Source of the DNA: Eledone cirrhosa
Taxonomy: Eukaryota
Assembly (NCBI GenBank): GCA_964016885.1
Contig: OZ024745.1
Coordinates: 58,714,001 to 58,778,000, forward strand
DNA: 64,000 bases
Direction: 5' to 3'
In this document: positions 14,215 through 28,496 of the stretch, piece after piece
Numbering within the stretch: the stretch's first letter is position 1
Layout of the letters: each line of letters starts with the position of its first letter
Notes under the pieces: model-generated
Seen by the model: the letters and a program-made list of their open reading frames with translations, nothing else
Told to the model about the DNA's origin: nothing
Databases searched by the model: none
Made by a program: the position numbers and the translations under genes

Positions 14215-15547
14215 TTTTATGCTACAAAGAAATAATCATATCTAAAGTTTGAAATATAATACTATTCCTAAACATGCGCCAGCTATTCAGTTTTGACATA
14301 AGCATATGCATATTCATAGAAAGCAAGCATTTAATTAATCATATTCATGCCTGTTTTATAAATCGTTCAGCGCAGTTGACTTAACAACGAGAAGTACTCG
14401 AAAAACGTGACTTTTAATAACAGTGTTTTATTATAAGGATATTTCTGTTTTTAGATTTCACATATACATGGTTATTCTGGTGGGGCTGATTATGATTATA
14501 GACTAACTTCTTTAAATATATATTCTGCTGATAATTGTTACTTTAGATTTTGACATGACGTAATTATAACCAGTTACATCTTTGAGAGATTAAAAGTACT
14601 GAAGTTCAGCATTACATTTACATAGAACTATTCTTACCATAAATAGTGTTTCCATTGAAGTTCCATTTCAATTTTTGAAGCTAGACTAACATTGTTGCGA
14701 TATTAACAATAGTTATTACGAATTCGATCGTTAGAGTTTACAGTAAAGTGGAATATAGTATAAGATATACAAGAGAAAAAAAAATCTGACCCAGTTATCT
14801 TTCAGTGAGTTGCTTATAAATGTACTTTTGACGAGGTGCCACTGGATCCCAATATGTAAATGGTAGTATGACCAAATTAAATAAAAGAATTCCAAACGAC
14901 CACGTTACAAGAAAACCCAATTCAATAAAGATATTGTTTTTTCTATGGTCAATTTTCCATATCAAGACTAGGACCTTCCCCCAGAGAAAAACTGGACTAA
15001 ATCGACGACGTGACATAGGACAAAATTATCATTGGTTCTCTGCAACTGTCATCCGAGTTCAAATTGCATCGAAGTCAACTTTGCTTTTCATCCTTTTGAA
15101 ATCAATAAAATGAAGTCTAGTGTGGTGAATGGATGGGATTGGTAGAGCGTTGGACAATATGCTTTGCAGTTCCTATGTTTTGCATTCCGAGTTTAAATTA
15201 CGCTTTAGCTTACTTAGACAGTAAACTTAATTCATCACCTTCTTTCATTGACAGTAAACTTAATTCATCGCCGTCCGATCATTGAAAGCCTTTCGAACTT
15301 GATCTCTGATTTGAGGATATCCTCCTTTTTTCCTCCAACCTGTCTTGGGGGCCCTGAAATGCCTGAGAGACACTGCCCTTCTTTCCGCAACAGGATAGGA
15401 AAAATGTAAATTGACTTTTTCTCATTTAGAAGATGATTATTCCAGTTCTTCGGTCATTTGAACAACCTAATCATTGAATTATAAAGTGGTTGAGCATTTC
15501 TCGCACACGTGTACCACTAACGTAATCTCCTGGTAGACTGACTCTTA

Positions 15548-15643
15548 GAAATATATGATATTTACAGTGTATGAAATATATGATATTTACAGTGTATGAA
15601 ATATATGATATTTACAGTGTATGAAATATATGATATTTACAGT
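15548..15643. repeat. 25-bp tandem repeat x about 4, inside an old minus-strand SINE (about 15480-15790)
   Basis: Unit GAAATATATGATATTTACAGTGTAT; flanks resemble 24890-25175. Confidence 0.85.
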
Positions 15644-15830
15644 TTTCGTTTACCAAATTTCACTCTCAAGACTTAGTTCAACCGGAGTCATGGTAAAATA
15701 CAATTGCCTAAGATACCACACAACAGAATCGTATTCGATATTTTATAACTGCACATCAGACTTTTCAACTACTCAGACATGTCTGCCAAGATAGATTACT
15801 CTGTAATATTTCTATACTTAATAAAGATGG

Positions 15831-16147
<317 letters not shown>

Positions 16148-16153
16148 ATATAT

Positions 16154-16255
<102 letters not shown>

Positions 16256-16302
16256 ATATATTGTTATGCTTTGGGAGGGTCATGTTGCCAAATTCAGAAA
16301 CG

Positions 16303-16345
<43 letters not shown>

Positions 16346-16349
<4 letters not shown>

Positions 16350-16775
16350 ATGTATGTATACGTACATACATATATGTATACAGACGTACAGTAGCATGCA
16401 TATATATACATATATATATATATATATACATATATATACACATATACATACAGGTACACATACATATATGCACGCATTAGTTTAGCGGACGTTTATTACA
16501 ACGCCGCTTTGTTCGTTTGTTTGTCAACAAACCGAACAGCCTGAATTTATGCCATACGGTGTTAAGGCAACCACGTCACCTTTTTGTTCAACACTGACAC
16601 ATCGTTCCTGTGTCAGTGTTGAACAAAAAGGTGACGTGGTTGCCTTAACACCGTATGGCATAAATTCAGGCTGTTCGGTTTGTTGACAAACAAACGAACA
16701 AAGCGGCGTTGTAATAAACGTCCGCTAAACTGATGCGTGCATATATGTATGTGTACCTGTATGTATATGTGTATA

Positions 16776-16838
<63 letters not shown>

Positions 16839-16955
16839 GCATGCTACTGTACGTCTGTATACATATATGTATGTACGTATACATACATACTTACATTTAA
16901 GTAAGTGCCATACTAAGAGTGAGAAATGAAATTTCGTTTTCATTTTTTTCAACTT
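16346..16955 (+). mobile_element. Family B fold-back element, copy 1
   Basis: Near-perfect palindrome with arms 16346-16601 and 16609-16892, 7-nt loop, tail about 16893-16955, (TA)n on both sides. Homologous to 28493-29216. Confidence 0.9.
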
Positions 16956-16973
16956 ATATATATATATATATAT

Positions 16974-17480
16974 ATCAAAATGAAGATCCGAAGGCAAGGT
17001 ATAAATTTCCAATCATTTTAATCACGACACATGTTTCAATAAGAGATAGATCGATCGTGAAGCCATGGTCGATTATCACTGATCTCGTCAGGTGAAAATG
17101 AATTGTCTTCAAATCCTTGATATGAGGGAGAAAATTAGCGATGTTCACTCACAGAGTTTATTCCCTCATATGCGACTGAACATCGCTAATTTTCTCCCTC
17201 ATATCAAGGATTTGAAGACAATTCATTTTCACATGACGAGATCAGTGATAATCGACCATGGCTTCACGATCGATCTATCTCTTATTGAAACATGTGTCGT
17301 GATTAAAATGATTGGAAATTTATACCTTGCCTTCGGATCTTCATTTTGATACTAATACTCAGTTTTTACATCATCTAGCTGTTCCCATGAATGGAATTGG
17401 AGATATACAAAAGCGTGGAGAACTTAATATTGTTAACACAAATTTATTGTACCGTTTTACACAACCAATAATACATATAA

Positions 17481-17485
<5 letters not shown>
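16974..17485 (+). mobile_element. Family I fold-back element with hammerhead motif
   Basis: Arms 16974-17147 and 17177-17351, tail to about 17485, (TA)n on both sides. Confidence 0.85.
17022..17095 (-). ncRNA. Type I hammerhead-like ribozyme with enlarged stem II
   Basis: Minus strand reads TCAC-CTGACGA-[GATCAGTGA...TCACGATC.., 47 nt]-GAAAC-ATGT-GTC-GTGA. The plus-strand twin at about 17228-17302 has C3 to A. Confidence 0.6.
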
Positions 17486-17528
<43 letters not shown>

Positions 17529-18543
17529 CCTGTAGAATGTTAAGAAATGTCTGTGATAGGGAAAATGCGCACTACTTTTGTCATGTTTGCTTAGCGTTTG
17601 CATTGATGTAGCAGAGGGATACAAAGATTAGCTATATCTTCTTAGGAAGAAGCATAGCTGATATAATTACTCTCCGATATGTGTTTAGTTTGATAAGTTT
17701 AAATCGTACCTGGTGTGATATTACATGCCATTCTATTTGAGTAAATTTAATGTTTTAGATGGTTGATGATATAGGTAGACTTGATACACAGCATTAATTC
17801 ACTCGGAAGAGAAGTAAAAATCATAAATTTCATATACTTTCCCCATAGAATATAGAAGTTTGTTTTTTAGTTAAAATAAATTCATATTAATGGTCTGTAT
17901 TCTACTTCATCATTCATTCAACATTTTTATACTTTGGCAAAATACTTTGAAAGATAGCTCACAAAAACGATATTTGGCATGTGAAACAAATACAAACCGG
18001 AACCTAACTTTTTAAAGAAAAAAGTTATGCATATAAATATCGAGTATATTTCATCAATAAAGAATAAAGAAATAAGAGTATTGATGAATTTAAAGAAAAT
18101 ATTCAGTTAATTTAAATTGTATTTGTTTTGTTCATTTAGAAATATATAGAAAACAGACGAGAAGGGATGTAAAGAAAAATATTCTTTTAATCAGTGACTG
18201 ATAACTGTATTCAGTTTGCTTTATGAAACTGTATTGCATAATTAGATTTTCTCTTTGATTTTTCTAATTATAAATGTTATTGTCCAACATTGTTAATGAC
18301 GGACAAATGAAGGAGGCTCTCTGTGGTCACTCCAACCTGTTAGAAATAGCAGCCATATTTCTTTCAAATCGACTTAAAAGGAGTCACAATAGATAATGTG
18401 GTCATATCTGCACATTATTTGTAAAGACAAGATGGTCAAGGCGAGAACGTCTTTGATTACAGAATTTATAATCATGGCTGCTATAGATTTGAACATTATC
18501 AGTAATGGTTTATTGCAAGATAGATTGTAAGTATGTATTATAT

Positions 18544-18697
18544 CAGACCTGCCAACCTCTAAAAACGCAAAATGAGGTAAAATGTGAAGATTTTACATAA
18601 TAAAAGCTATACCCATTGTCACAAGAAAAGACATCTCTCTCCCACCTCAAAGCAGGTGGGAGATCGCCCCGTCGGACGGGGAGAGTTGACAGGTATG
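18544..18697. mobile_element. Short MITE with hAT-like TIRs
   Basis: Ends CAGACCTGCCAAC / GTTGACAGGTATG (11/13 complementary). TTATAT on both flanks, no clean 8-bp TSD. Confidence 0.55.
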
Positions 18698-19081
18698 TTA
18701 TATAATGATGAGTGTTAGAGAGTTAAAAGCAAATCCATCATCAATTTTATTCTGACATCACAAAATGTTTGTTTTCCTATCTATTTGAAATTAAATCGGG
18801 ATATAGTAGAAACTAACACGACTCTTTATTATATTTCAATGTAACACAAGTAGGCTTAAAGATTCAGTTTTGACGATGCAACTAGAATCATATTATGGAT
18901 ATGATTCTAGTAAGGATGTTTACATTGAGTGTTTTTTTCCCAAATATATGGTGTTTACGTGTTGTCATTGATTCTGGGGAGAGGAAAGTAATGGTGTCAC
19001 TGATTTTGAGCCAGTGCGGCGATGGACGAGATAAAATACCTTCCTTCCAACCCTCTACGATTCCAGATACTCCATTACTCT

Positions 19082-19905
19082 ATAATAATGGATTCTGATT
19101 TAGACACAAGGCCAACAATTTTGGGGGAGGGAAAGTCGATTAAATTTACTCTAGTACGTTACTGGTACTTTATTTTATCGACCCCTGTAAGGATGAAAAG
19201 CAAAGCTTATCTCGGTTGTTATTGCCCTATAATAATTGTTTCTACGTTTGGCACAAGACCAGCAATTTGAAGGGAAGGGGAAAGTCAATTAAATCGACCT
19301 CAGTACGTTACTGGTACTTTATTTTATCGACTCTGTAAGGATGAAAAGCAAAGCTAACCTCGGCGAAATTTGAACTCAGAATGAAAAAGACCGCAACTAT
19401 ATGCCGCAAAGCATGTTATCCGGCGCTCTACCGATATTGCCAACCCACCGCCTTCCATTGCCCTATAATAATTGTTTCTACTTTTGGCACAAGGCCAGCA
19501 ATTTTGGGAGAGGGGAAAGTCGATTAAATCGACCCCAGTGCGTGACTGGTACTTTATTTTATCGACCCTATAAGGATGAAAGGCAAAGTTAACCTCGGTG
19601 GGATTTGAACTCAGATCATAAAGGGCCGTAACTCTTTGCTGCAAAGCATGGCGTCCGACCCTCCACCGATACTGCAATTCCACCACCCTATAATAATAAT
19701 AATAATAATAATAATAATGGTTTCTGATTGAGGCACATGACCAACAATCTGCGGGGAGAGGTAAGTCGAATAAATCGACTCCTGTGCGTTACTGGTACTT
19801 TATTTTATCGATCCCGGAAGGATCAAAGGTAAAATTGACCTCGGGAATTGATCTAACTTAGGCACAAGGTCTGTACTTCACTAATACTTTATTTTATCAA
19901 ACCAG
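19082..19905 (-). mobile_element. Head-to-tail array of five major-family SINE copies (two full-length)
   Basis: Copies about 19085-19215, 19230-19452, 19466-19688, 19716-19845 and 19855-19905, separated by the repeated target (ATTGC)CCTATAATAAT. Confidence 0.9.
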
Positions 19906-20225
19906 GAAGGAAGAAATAACAATAATAATAATAATAATTTGAAAATATTTCGGTTATATTTCTAACAACTTTAGGAAAGGTATATTCATCACAATGTCTC
20001 ATTTTCTTTCTCTAAAGTTGTAGCGCTGTGCCTAGCTACAAAAATCAATATCTGATGTTGAAAATATCGTTCCGCTTTTTTTCTCCTTTCTTCTTTCTCT
20101 TTTGTCGGCTAGATGAGTCAGCATAAATTGTCATAGTGACGGAAAACAAATTACCAGCCGTCCAATATATTGATCAGACCATGACGCTCCAGTTTTGTAG
20201 GTATTATTATAAAGATGACGTTGAA

Positions 20226-20402
20226 AGCGGTAGATTGGCAGTATCGGTACGGCGACGAAAAACATGCTTTGTAGCATATAGTTACATCTCTTTATATTGT
20301 GAGTTCAAATCTCGGCGAGGTTAGCTTTGCCTTTCATACTTACGGGATCGATAAAATAAAGTACTAGTCACGCACTGGGGTCGATTTAATTGACTTTCCC
20401 CT
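20226..20402 (+). mobile_element. Major-family SINE, 3'-truncated
   Basis: GCGGTAGATTGGCAGTATCGG head, GAGTTCAAATCTC B-box, core. Confidence 0.85.
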
Positions 20403-21626
20403 CCATACTTTTAGATTTTTAATGAAGATATAACATTGCGCTTCAGAAAGAGGAAAGCATGGTCGAATTTAGAATCAGTAGAGCGCTGGATAAATTCCCT
20501 TTATACGTAGTAAATATCATATCTTTCATGCATACAAATCTGAGAGAATGAAGCTCCATTAATTATTAGGGGTCGATATAATCGACTACATCATTCCACT
20601 AAATATGAATACATGTGGCTACGTGAGAAATTAATATTAACATTAGAACTGTATATAGCTAAATCATTATGGCGGTGGAGGTGAGGGATACTTAATGCTA
20701 TTTAACTACTCTCTTTGAGATGAAATCACTTCTTGGAATTCTTTGACGTTTACCCTCTATAAATTAATAAGTATCAGTTAAATGATTGACTCAATGTAAT
20801 TGATTACTTTTCCCCCACGTAATCTTTGGTATTGTGCGCATGTTAAAAATTAATATTATTACTAGATTATCATATTTTTCAATGGATATTAACTGACATT
20901 AGTGATAGGGTAGTAAAAGTGATGAAGTTTCCATTAATGATAATAGTTGTGTTTAATGCGTGTGATTAGCGTGATCATTCCATTGATAGTTCTCTTTAAG
21001 AACGTAGTTGCTATAGTTGTGGTGATGGTGGTAGTAGTGGTGGTGGTGGTGGTGGTGGTGGTGGTGTTAGGGATCAGATGTTTGTGCTAGTGATTATGTT
21101 GGCAGTTGCTTTCAAAAGGGGAAAATATTGTCGATAATACAGCAAATATATTAGCAAGTAGTAAATTAAAAGTTATGATGCAATAAACCATAGTAACAGA
21201 ACAATCACTACATTGTTGCCGTGGGACTTTTCAGAAAGGCCAACCAGTCATCATAATATCAACTTACAAACACAGGAAGAGATTGTCGTTACATTAAATG
21301 AAAAGAATACATTAAAAAAAAACGAATAAACAAAAATAAAATAAAATAATGAATTATCTATAATAGCTGAAAATGAAAGAAACAAAAATCCATCTGTTCC
21401 TATACATGACAATAATGGTACCACATATAACGCAAATATCTAGTATATATATTCAATACAAATGAAACATGATCTTTTTGATGGAGAAGAAATGGTAAGT
21501 GAAGATGCTCATGCGTTTCCAAAAGGTTCAGTGAAATAAGTTAAATTTTTTTGCCTTCTCTCTTCGCAAGTCGGAACTAAGTTGTCTATTTAAAAAAAAA
21601 CATTTTCATTAATATCCTTAATATGA

Positions 21627-21846
21627 GGGCGGTGGATTGGCAGTATCGGTAGAGGGTCGGATGCCATGCTTTGCAGCATAGAGTTACGGCCCTTTATGAT
21701 CTGAGTTCAAACCCCGCCGAGGTTAACTTTGCCTTTCATCCTTACGGGGGTCGATAAAATAAAGTACCAGTCACGCACTGGGGTCGATTTAATCGACTTC
21801 CCCCTCTCCCAAAATTACTTGCCTTGTGCCTATATAAGAAACCATT
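21627..21846 (+). mobile_element. Full-length major-family SINE with 18-bp TSD
   Basis: TSD CATTAATATCCTTAATAT at 21607-21624 and 21843-21860. Confidence 0.93.
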
Positions 21847-22035
21847 AATATCCTTAATATCAGTTACTTCTGTTTATAATGAAGGAAACATAACGTTCTT
21901 AGAACCTCGACATAGTGAGTCTGTACAGTATCTTTTTTCTTATTTCCATGCAGTTCTCCAATTCTTGAATAATAAATCGCATAACAAAATTCAAGTAATC
22001 TAATTTAGAACCCAACTTGATCCTCGAGGTTTTGA

Positions 22036-22110
22036 ATATTTACTTTCTTCTAATTAAAACATATTTACTTTCTTCTAATTAAAACATATTTACTTTCTTC
22101 TAATTAAAAC
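22036..22110. repeat. 25-bp tandem repeat x3
   Basis: Unit ATATTTACTTTCTTCTAATTAAAAC. Confidence 0.9.
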
Positions 22111-24434
22111 TTCAACGATTCTATGGAGAGGCTGCAATATATTTGTATTTATTCCGTGTATATGTTGTAGAACTATAGCGAAGAACAGTTAAGGACATAA
22201 TTGATGGTGGAGAGTGAAATAGTGTCTGGACAAATGCAGATTGGTGACATTAGCTGGACAAGATTTACTTTCAGGAGGAATAAAACCTGTTGTTACAGAA
22301 AATAATGAAATTTATATATATCTTGGTTGTAAAATTGCTGTCGTTACGGCCCACACCTTCATAAGTTTGGCTGGCCGTTTAAGAGGCTGCATCTTATAGG
22401 GGAGATCTTGGGTGCTATATTATCATTTTTCTGCTATACGAAGGTGGTGTATGAACTCCAAACGCACAGATCTCAAAACAAAAAGATATCAAAATGTCTC
22501 ACGTTCTGGGATGGTTTGAAAGCATCACCTAGAGCGCAGGGAGTCAGTACAAATATTGGTAAACATTTAATCCAGAGGTCTAAGGATTCTGCCAGTTCAC
22601 TGCCTTGTGGACATAATGAAATGGTAGAAAAAGTAGTCACAATAGTCAGAATATAAATTTTTCAATGACACAAGACCAGCAACATGAGTTAAATCAACCC
22701 CAGTACTTTATTATAACGAACCCAGAAGAATGAAAGGCCAAGTTGACCTTAGTTGCATTTGAACTCAGTATGTAAAAGAGCCAGAATAAATACCGCAATG
22801 GTATTTTATCCGACTCTCTACCAATTCTGCCAATCTACAACCCTTGAGAATATTATTATATAATATCATTATAATATTAAAGGTATATTCATGGCAAAAT
22901 TTGGGTAAAACTAGAAGTAATTGATGGAAATAAAAACTGCTGTGATATAAATCAAGATGTGATGAAGGAATCATTATTGATATGACTTATTCCAGTGAGG
23001 TAAAAGGAAACATCTTGGGTAAGTAGAAAGAGAAACTTGTGCGACCAGCTAACGTTTTATATGGGCGATACAATGTAGAGGATACACAGTAAAGGTTGTG
23101 CTATGTGTGTTTGTTTGGAGAGTAATGCTGAAAGACAAATGAAAAAGTTAATTTACGGGTAATCATATTAACTTTATATTAGGATCTACGTTTTATGACA
23201 TTTAACAACGTAAATTTTATTTGAAACTCAGTCTTATTAGACAAATTAACCGAGTCATTACTAATTAATTAATTTCATACTTCAGTCTTTTTAGTACTTA
23301 TGTGTCACTTGTTTAAACAATACTTATTCATTTTCAACAAAGCGGTGTTATTTCAAACAACGTGTGATAAATTTAAATAAGTTGTTCTCTAGAGATCACG
23401 ACAACACAGAAATCAAATTACCAATACATATATTGCTTATTTGACCGTCTTTATTTCAATAAGTTTAAAAGCCATTAAGATTGACAATTTTTTTGTGCGC
23501 TAGCAGAACAGAGATGAAAATTCTTTTAAGTTTCGTATGTTTCATCGTAGCCAGAGAAAAAATTATTCAATGTAAAAGTACAACATCTAACGAAGAAGAA
23601 ATTACATAACTTTTTATTTATAAACTTTGTGTGAAGGTTTAGTCGATTAAATAACCCCCCCCCCCCCCCCCAGTGTTTGACTACTATTTCATGTAAGCGC
23701 CCCACAGAAGATAAAACGTGATGCTCACTACACTGGGATTTAAACTTAGTATAAGCATTAAAAATGTATATTGAAAAAATTACAAAATCTCGTTCTGCTA
23801 TTCATCTTAGTAATATAAAATTATGTTATTTATGCATCCTGTTTTTAACTTTTATTTTTCGTCGTAATATTTGCAGTTAAAAATAGTTTTCATATATGCG
23901 ATTGATTGACCTTGTGTTCAAAATCAAAATAAGATTCACCACAACTCATCATTTTCTTCAATCCATAATACATATTTGCTTCGGGGCAATATTCCCATGG
24001 AAAATATAACTGAAGTAGAATCCGTAGAGAATAATGTCGCATAGATTTTTGTAGTTATTGAAATACTATAACAGTACATTTTCTATTTGTTTCCTTTAGT
24101 TAAATTTTATTTTTACCGAATGGACACCTTGTCTATATATTACCTAGAGATGGTATTAATAGTAACCTTTATGGTCAACATATTGATAATAATCTTAGTA
24201 ACAACTCAAATCTACTGTCAACTTATCAGCCATTTTTTAGTAAAATTATTAAGCAACGTATACATATTCAGAGATTTTGCTTAAAAACAACGAAGCTTCT
24301 AGTTGGATCATATTAAGCGGCACTTTTAGTCAATTTTATTCCACTGTAGTCTCTTATCGACCACTGACATCTGAGCGAACTTTAGCAGAAAAAACACTGT
24401 GTAAGCACGAAGGATATATGTGTGTGTATGACGT

Positions 24435-24546
<112 letters not shown>

Positions 24547-24889
24547 GTGTGTGTGTATATATATAAGTTATCGTCTGGAACCATAAAGCTATCAACGCAT
24601 ATACTTAACTGTTTCAAAATCTTTAACTATTATACATCGTCTCTTACTATTTCTTTCCTGCGCCAAGAATACATACATAAACCAAGACATGAATATAAAA
24701 TTGATAAGTATTTAAATAGATATATTGTCTACGAAATGTTTATGATTTGTTTAGAACATCGGACGCTTGGTATGAAGCTGCATCATTGATTGTAATAAGA
24801 GATAGAATTAGAAATATGTATGATGAGCTTCCCCGCCTGGGACGACGGATGAGCATATAGTTGTTCGATCAAATAAACAAACTATTCAT

Positions 24890-25176
24890 TGAATTAATCT
24901 GCAAAGTGGTCAAGTGTTCCAAACACTGATGTAAACTTAATGTGATTTTCTCATGTGGAATCAGCGTGTCTCAGTATAACAAGGCTGCACCGTTGGATTA
25001 TATACACAACCCATCCTAGGGGCTTCTGTACAGTTGTTGTGTACCCAAATTCACTAGTTAGGCTTGTGTCGATCCAAAACTTTGGTAAACGATAGTCACC
25101 CAACATGCCACGTAGTGAGATTGAAACTGAAACTTCCTTGCAAAGTGAACATCTTAACCACGCAGTTACATCTGCA
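24890..25176 (-). mobile_element. Older tRNA-derived SINE, second family
   Basis: Minus strand starts ..GCGTGGTTAAGATGTTCAC..GTTTCAATCTCACTACGTGGCATGTTGGG. Similar diverged copies at about 15480-15790 and 45040-45290. Confidence 0.6.
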
Positions 25177-25619
25177 TAAACACACACGCGTGCGCGCGCG
25201 AGTGTATGCAGTTAGTATAATTTCTGGATAATTCTTTGGTGACATTCTTCAAATTTGGATTAACTTTTCTGTTCCACTTCGTTTGATTTGTCTTAAAGGA
25301 AGGTGAGAAGTGTGTTGTTCCCATGGCACTGCCAGTCGAAGCTCTGATATATTAGTGGAGGAGATCACATCATCCACAGTCTCAGATGTGAAGGATGCCA
25401 AAGCTACAGTACCATAACATTTGCAACGATGAGAAGTAAATAAAGTTTGGAGAGGAGTGGCATATTACAGGAGAATTGGGGGTGGGGAGAATACGAATCA
25501 GAAGTTCAACGACATAAGACAGACTGTGAATACAACACACGATAGGAACCCACTTCACAAGATGGCATGAAATTCATAATCATATGAATGGAATGTTATG
25601 GTCCCGTAACTCCTGATAA

Positions 25620-25885
25620 AGTTGTATGGACACCGTATTGACATACGGCGTTTTTTGTGTATTTTAAGTCTGGTGGAGCAAAACCTTCTCCAGACCTGAG
25701 TATAGCAGATTTCTTCTAGAGAGAGGACGAATCGACCCCCCAATACTAGACTGGTACTTTTTTTTATCGACTTCGAAAGGATGAAAGGCAAAGTTGACTT
25801 CGGCGGGATTTGAACGCAGAGAGTCGAAACGAATGCCATAAAGTATTCTCTCTGATGTTCTAACGACTCTACCAATTCACCGCCT
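25620..25885 (-). mobile_element. SINE of major family with alternative 3' tail
   Basis: Head GGCGGTGAATTGGTAGAGTCGTTAGA and core; tail matches 35395-35510. Confidence 0.75.
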
Positions 25886-26933
25886 ATGAACATCGGCTGA
25901 ACGTCTATAAAAGCTATAATGTTGAAAATGTGATTTATGATGTGAAAGACATACACTCTGTATACAGAAGAAAAAGGAAAAGATATGTTATTGCTAAAGA
26001 AAACACCAGTAATTTATTTACCAAAGCATGAAATAGAAACACCCAGGCACTGGTCTTTAACATGACCAACACGAAAAATGCTCATTGATACCTTTCGATG
26101 TAATCCGTTTTAGTTTTATGAGTGGAAGTAAGGGTAGTGAATTATCAGAATTGGTGTGTCAGCGGATAAAAGGTCATTGCTTATTTTTTCTGGCTCTTTA
26201 CATTCTGAGTTCAAATCCCGCCGAGGTCATCACAGCTTTTCATCTTTCTGAGATTGATAAAATAAAACCTTGGTCAAGTACTGGGGCTGATTTGATCAAC
26301 TTTGCCATTCCCGAAAATTTGCTGGCCTACATTAGAGATCAATATTATCAGTGGAAGTCTAGAAGTAATGCTAATTCTGACCTAATTAGGGGTGGGTCAG
26401 ATTTTTGTGTTTTCATTGTTTACATTATGTCTTGTTTTAATGATTATTTATATATAGTTTTATTCATATTCTGTATTATTGCAACTTTATCAAATGTTTC
26501 TTATTCTCATTGTGTAATGTTCTTATGCGCCTTCTATGCTGTAATGTAACTTGTTTTTGTGGGAAATAAATAAATAATTATTGTTATCATTGAGACATAA
26601 AGAAAACAAGGACATTTTAAAACAGAATTTGCTGAAGTGTATATTTATATGATCGTTAAATATATAGTTGTGTTCTTGAAGAAATTCCGGGAAAATACCC
26701 GAAGCCTTCAGCAGCATAAAGTCGCAATTAAACAAAGTAGTTCTGTTAGAAATCCATTAACCCCCATTTATTTTATGTCGTGAAGAAATAGCTCATAGCT
26801 ATATAGAAAAGAACACGGCTCCTTCCATCATAGTAATCTAAAATGTATATATTTAAACATGACAGCTGTTAGGAATCACTATAGAGTGAAGAATTGAAAA
26901 GAATGTTGGCAAACTAACCTCCATATACAAATT

Positions 26934-27640
26934 ATCTATCTATCTAGGGCGGGTAAAATTCCCGAGATCCATGGACGAGTTCTCTCCAGCGGTCTCTGTC
27001 CCTCATTATCGCTGCCATGTCCTGCGTCTCTAACAAACCAGTGTCTGTCCTTAGGGCATCAACATACGTTAACCTTGGTCTTCCTCTTCCAGTGTGTCCA
27101 TGTAGGGGCTCCCACGGGAGCACTGAGTGCAATGTCAACTCTGGATGTCGGTGAGCATGTCCAGCTAACCTCAGTCTCCTCTGTGTCACTTTTGAGCTGA
27201 CGTTTGGGAAGCTCCCATACAGCTCTGAGTTTTTCATCCTCAGTGTATACTGATTGATGTTCAGAGCCATCCTCAGCATTCTCGTGTAGCACCCATCCAC
27301 CATCTGAGTGAGTTTCTTGGTCAGTGTCCAAGTCTCAGACCCGTACAGCAGCACAGACTCCACTACAACAATGAAGAGGCGGATTTTCAGGTCTTTACGA
27401 GGGTCCGACTTCCACACCGATCTCAAGCTGTGGCACGCCGCCCAGGCTTTGCTCTTCCTCTCAGCCACATCATCTTCCGTATTCCCAATCTTTGCTCCCA
27501 AATACAGGAAGCCCTCAACCAAATCTAGCGGCTTCCCGCCTACATTAGTGATCCCCTCTGACTTCTCAACATTCTCTACCAGATATTTTGTTTTAGTCTC
27601 ATTCATTCTCAGCCCCACACTCATCATATAATTCACCCGT
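26934..27640 (-). mobile_element. 5'-truncated RTE-clade LINE 3' end
   Basis: ORF with GLRMNETKTK, FLYLG, VESVLLYGSETWTLTK, RRLRLAGH and GRGRPRLTYVD. (ATAG)n tail directly after the stop; possible TSD ATATACAA. Confidence 0.9.
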
Positions 27641-27907
27641 TATATATATACAATGCATGTTCCTTAGGGCTATAAGGTGATTCTTTGTGGCTCTATAGCG
27701 ACGGATAAGTAGAATTTAATGTTGGGGGAGACTTTTTAATTTTTACAAAATTAAGAAATTGTGATAATATTTCTACATATATCAACTGTTAGTTACTTGG
27801 TCCAACGTGGTCCCTTGAATATGAGATTTATCTCCCCGAGTTTAATTTCTTCAACAAATGAATATATGCCGGGATACCAAATTATATATATATATGTGTG
27901 TGTGTGT

Positions 27908-27943
<36 letters not shown>

Positions 27944-27963
27944 GCAAACACATATATGTATAT

Positions 27964-28020
<57 letters not shown>

Positions 28021-28022
<2 letters not shown>

Positions 28023-28156
28023 AACGAGTAGGACCCCGACGGCTGACCTCAAGCCGTTTCGACGGCTAATTCTGTTCGGCTAATTTCGACGGCTAAGTAT
28101 TGAGTACTTTGGTGCGTTATGGTCCACCTGGTTCCTTACCACATTCCCTTCGTTAT
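28021..28156 (+). mobile_element. Family C insertion: inverted 5' piece plus tail
   Basis: GGAACGAGTAGGACCCC.. (inverted) joined via a stuttered TTTCGACGGCTAA to the tail ..ACCACATTCCCTTCGTTAT. Followed by a SINE 3' half (28157-28258). Confidence 0.8.
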
Positions 28157-28256
28157 CGCCGAGGTTGACTTTGCCTTTCATCCTTACGGGGTCGATAAAA
28201 TAAAGTACCAGTAATGCACTGGGTAATTGCTGGCCTTGTGCCTAAAGTAGAAACAG

Positions 28257-28398
<142 letters not shown>

Positions 28399-28461
28399 TT
28401 ATTTATATATATATATATATATTTATATATACATATATATTTATATATATTTATATATATA

Positions 28462-28492
<31 letters not shown>

Positions 28493-28496
<4 letters not shown>

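Noticed and set aside
15548-15643. CRISPR-like regular repeats (also 22036-22110, 57121-57215)
   Set aside because: Contiguous tandem units without unique spacers, in a eukaryotic context with no cas genes.
16346-17351. Palindromes as DNA-transposon MITEs or purely assembly artefacts
   Set aside because: Arms are asymmetric (one tail), junctions vary between copies of one family, arms show small differences, and several families link to RT/GIY-YIG sequence. Read-level confirmation is still advisable.
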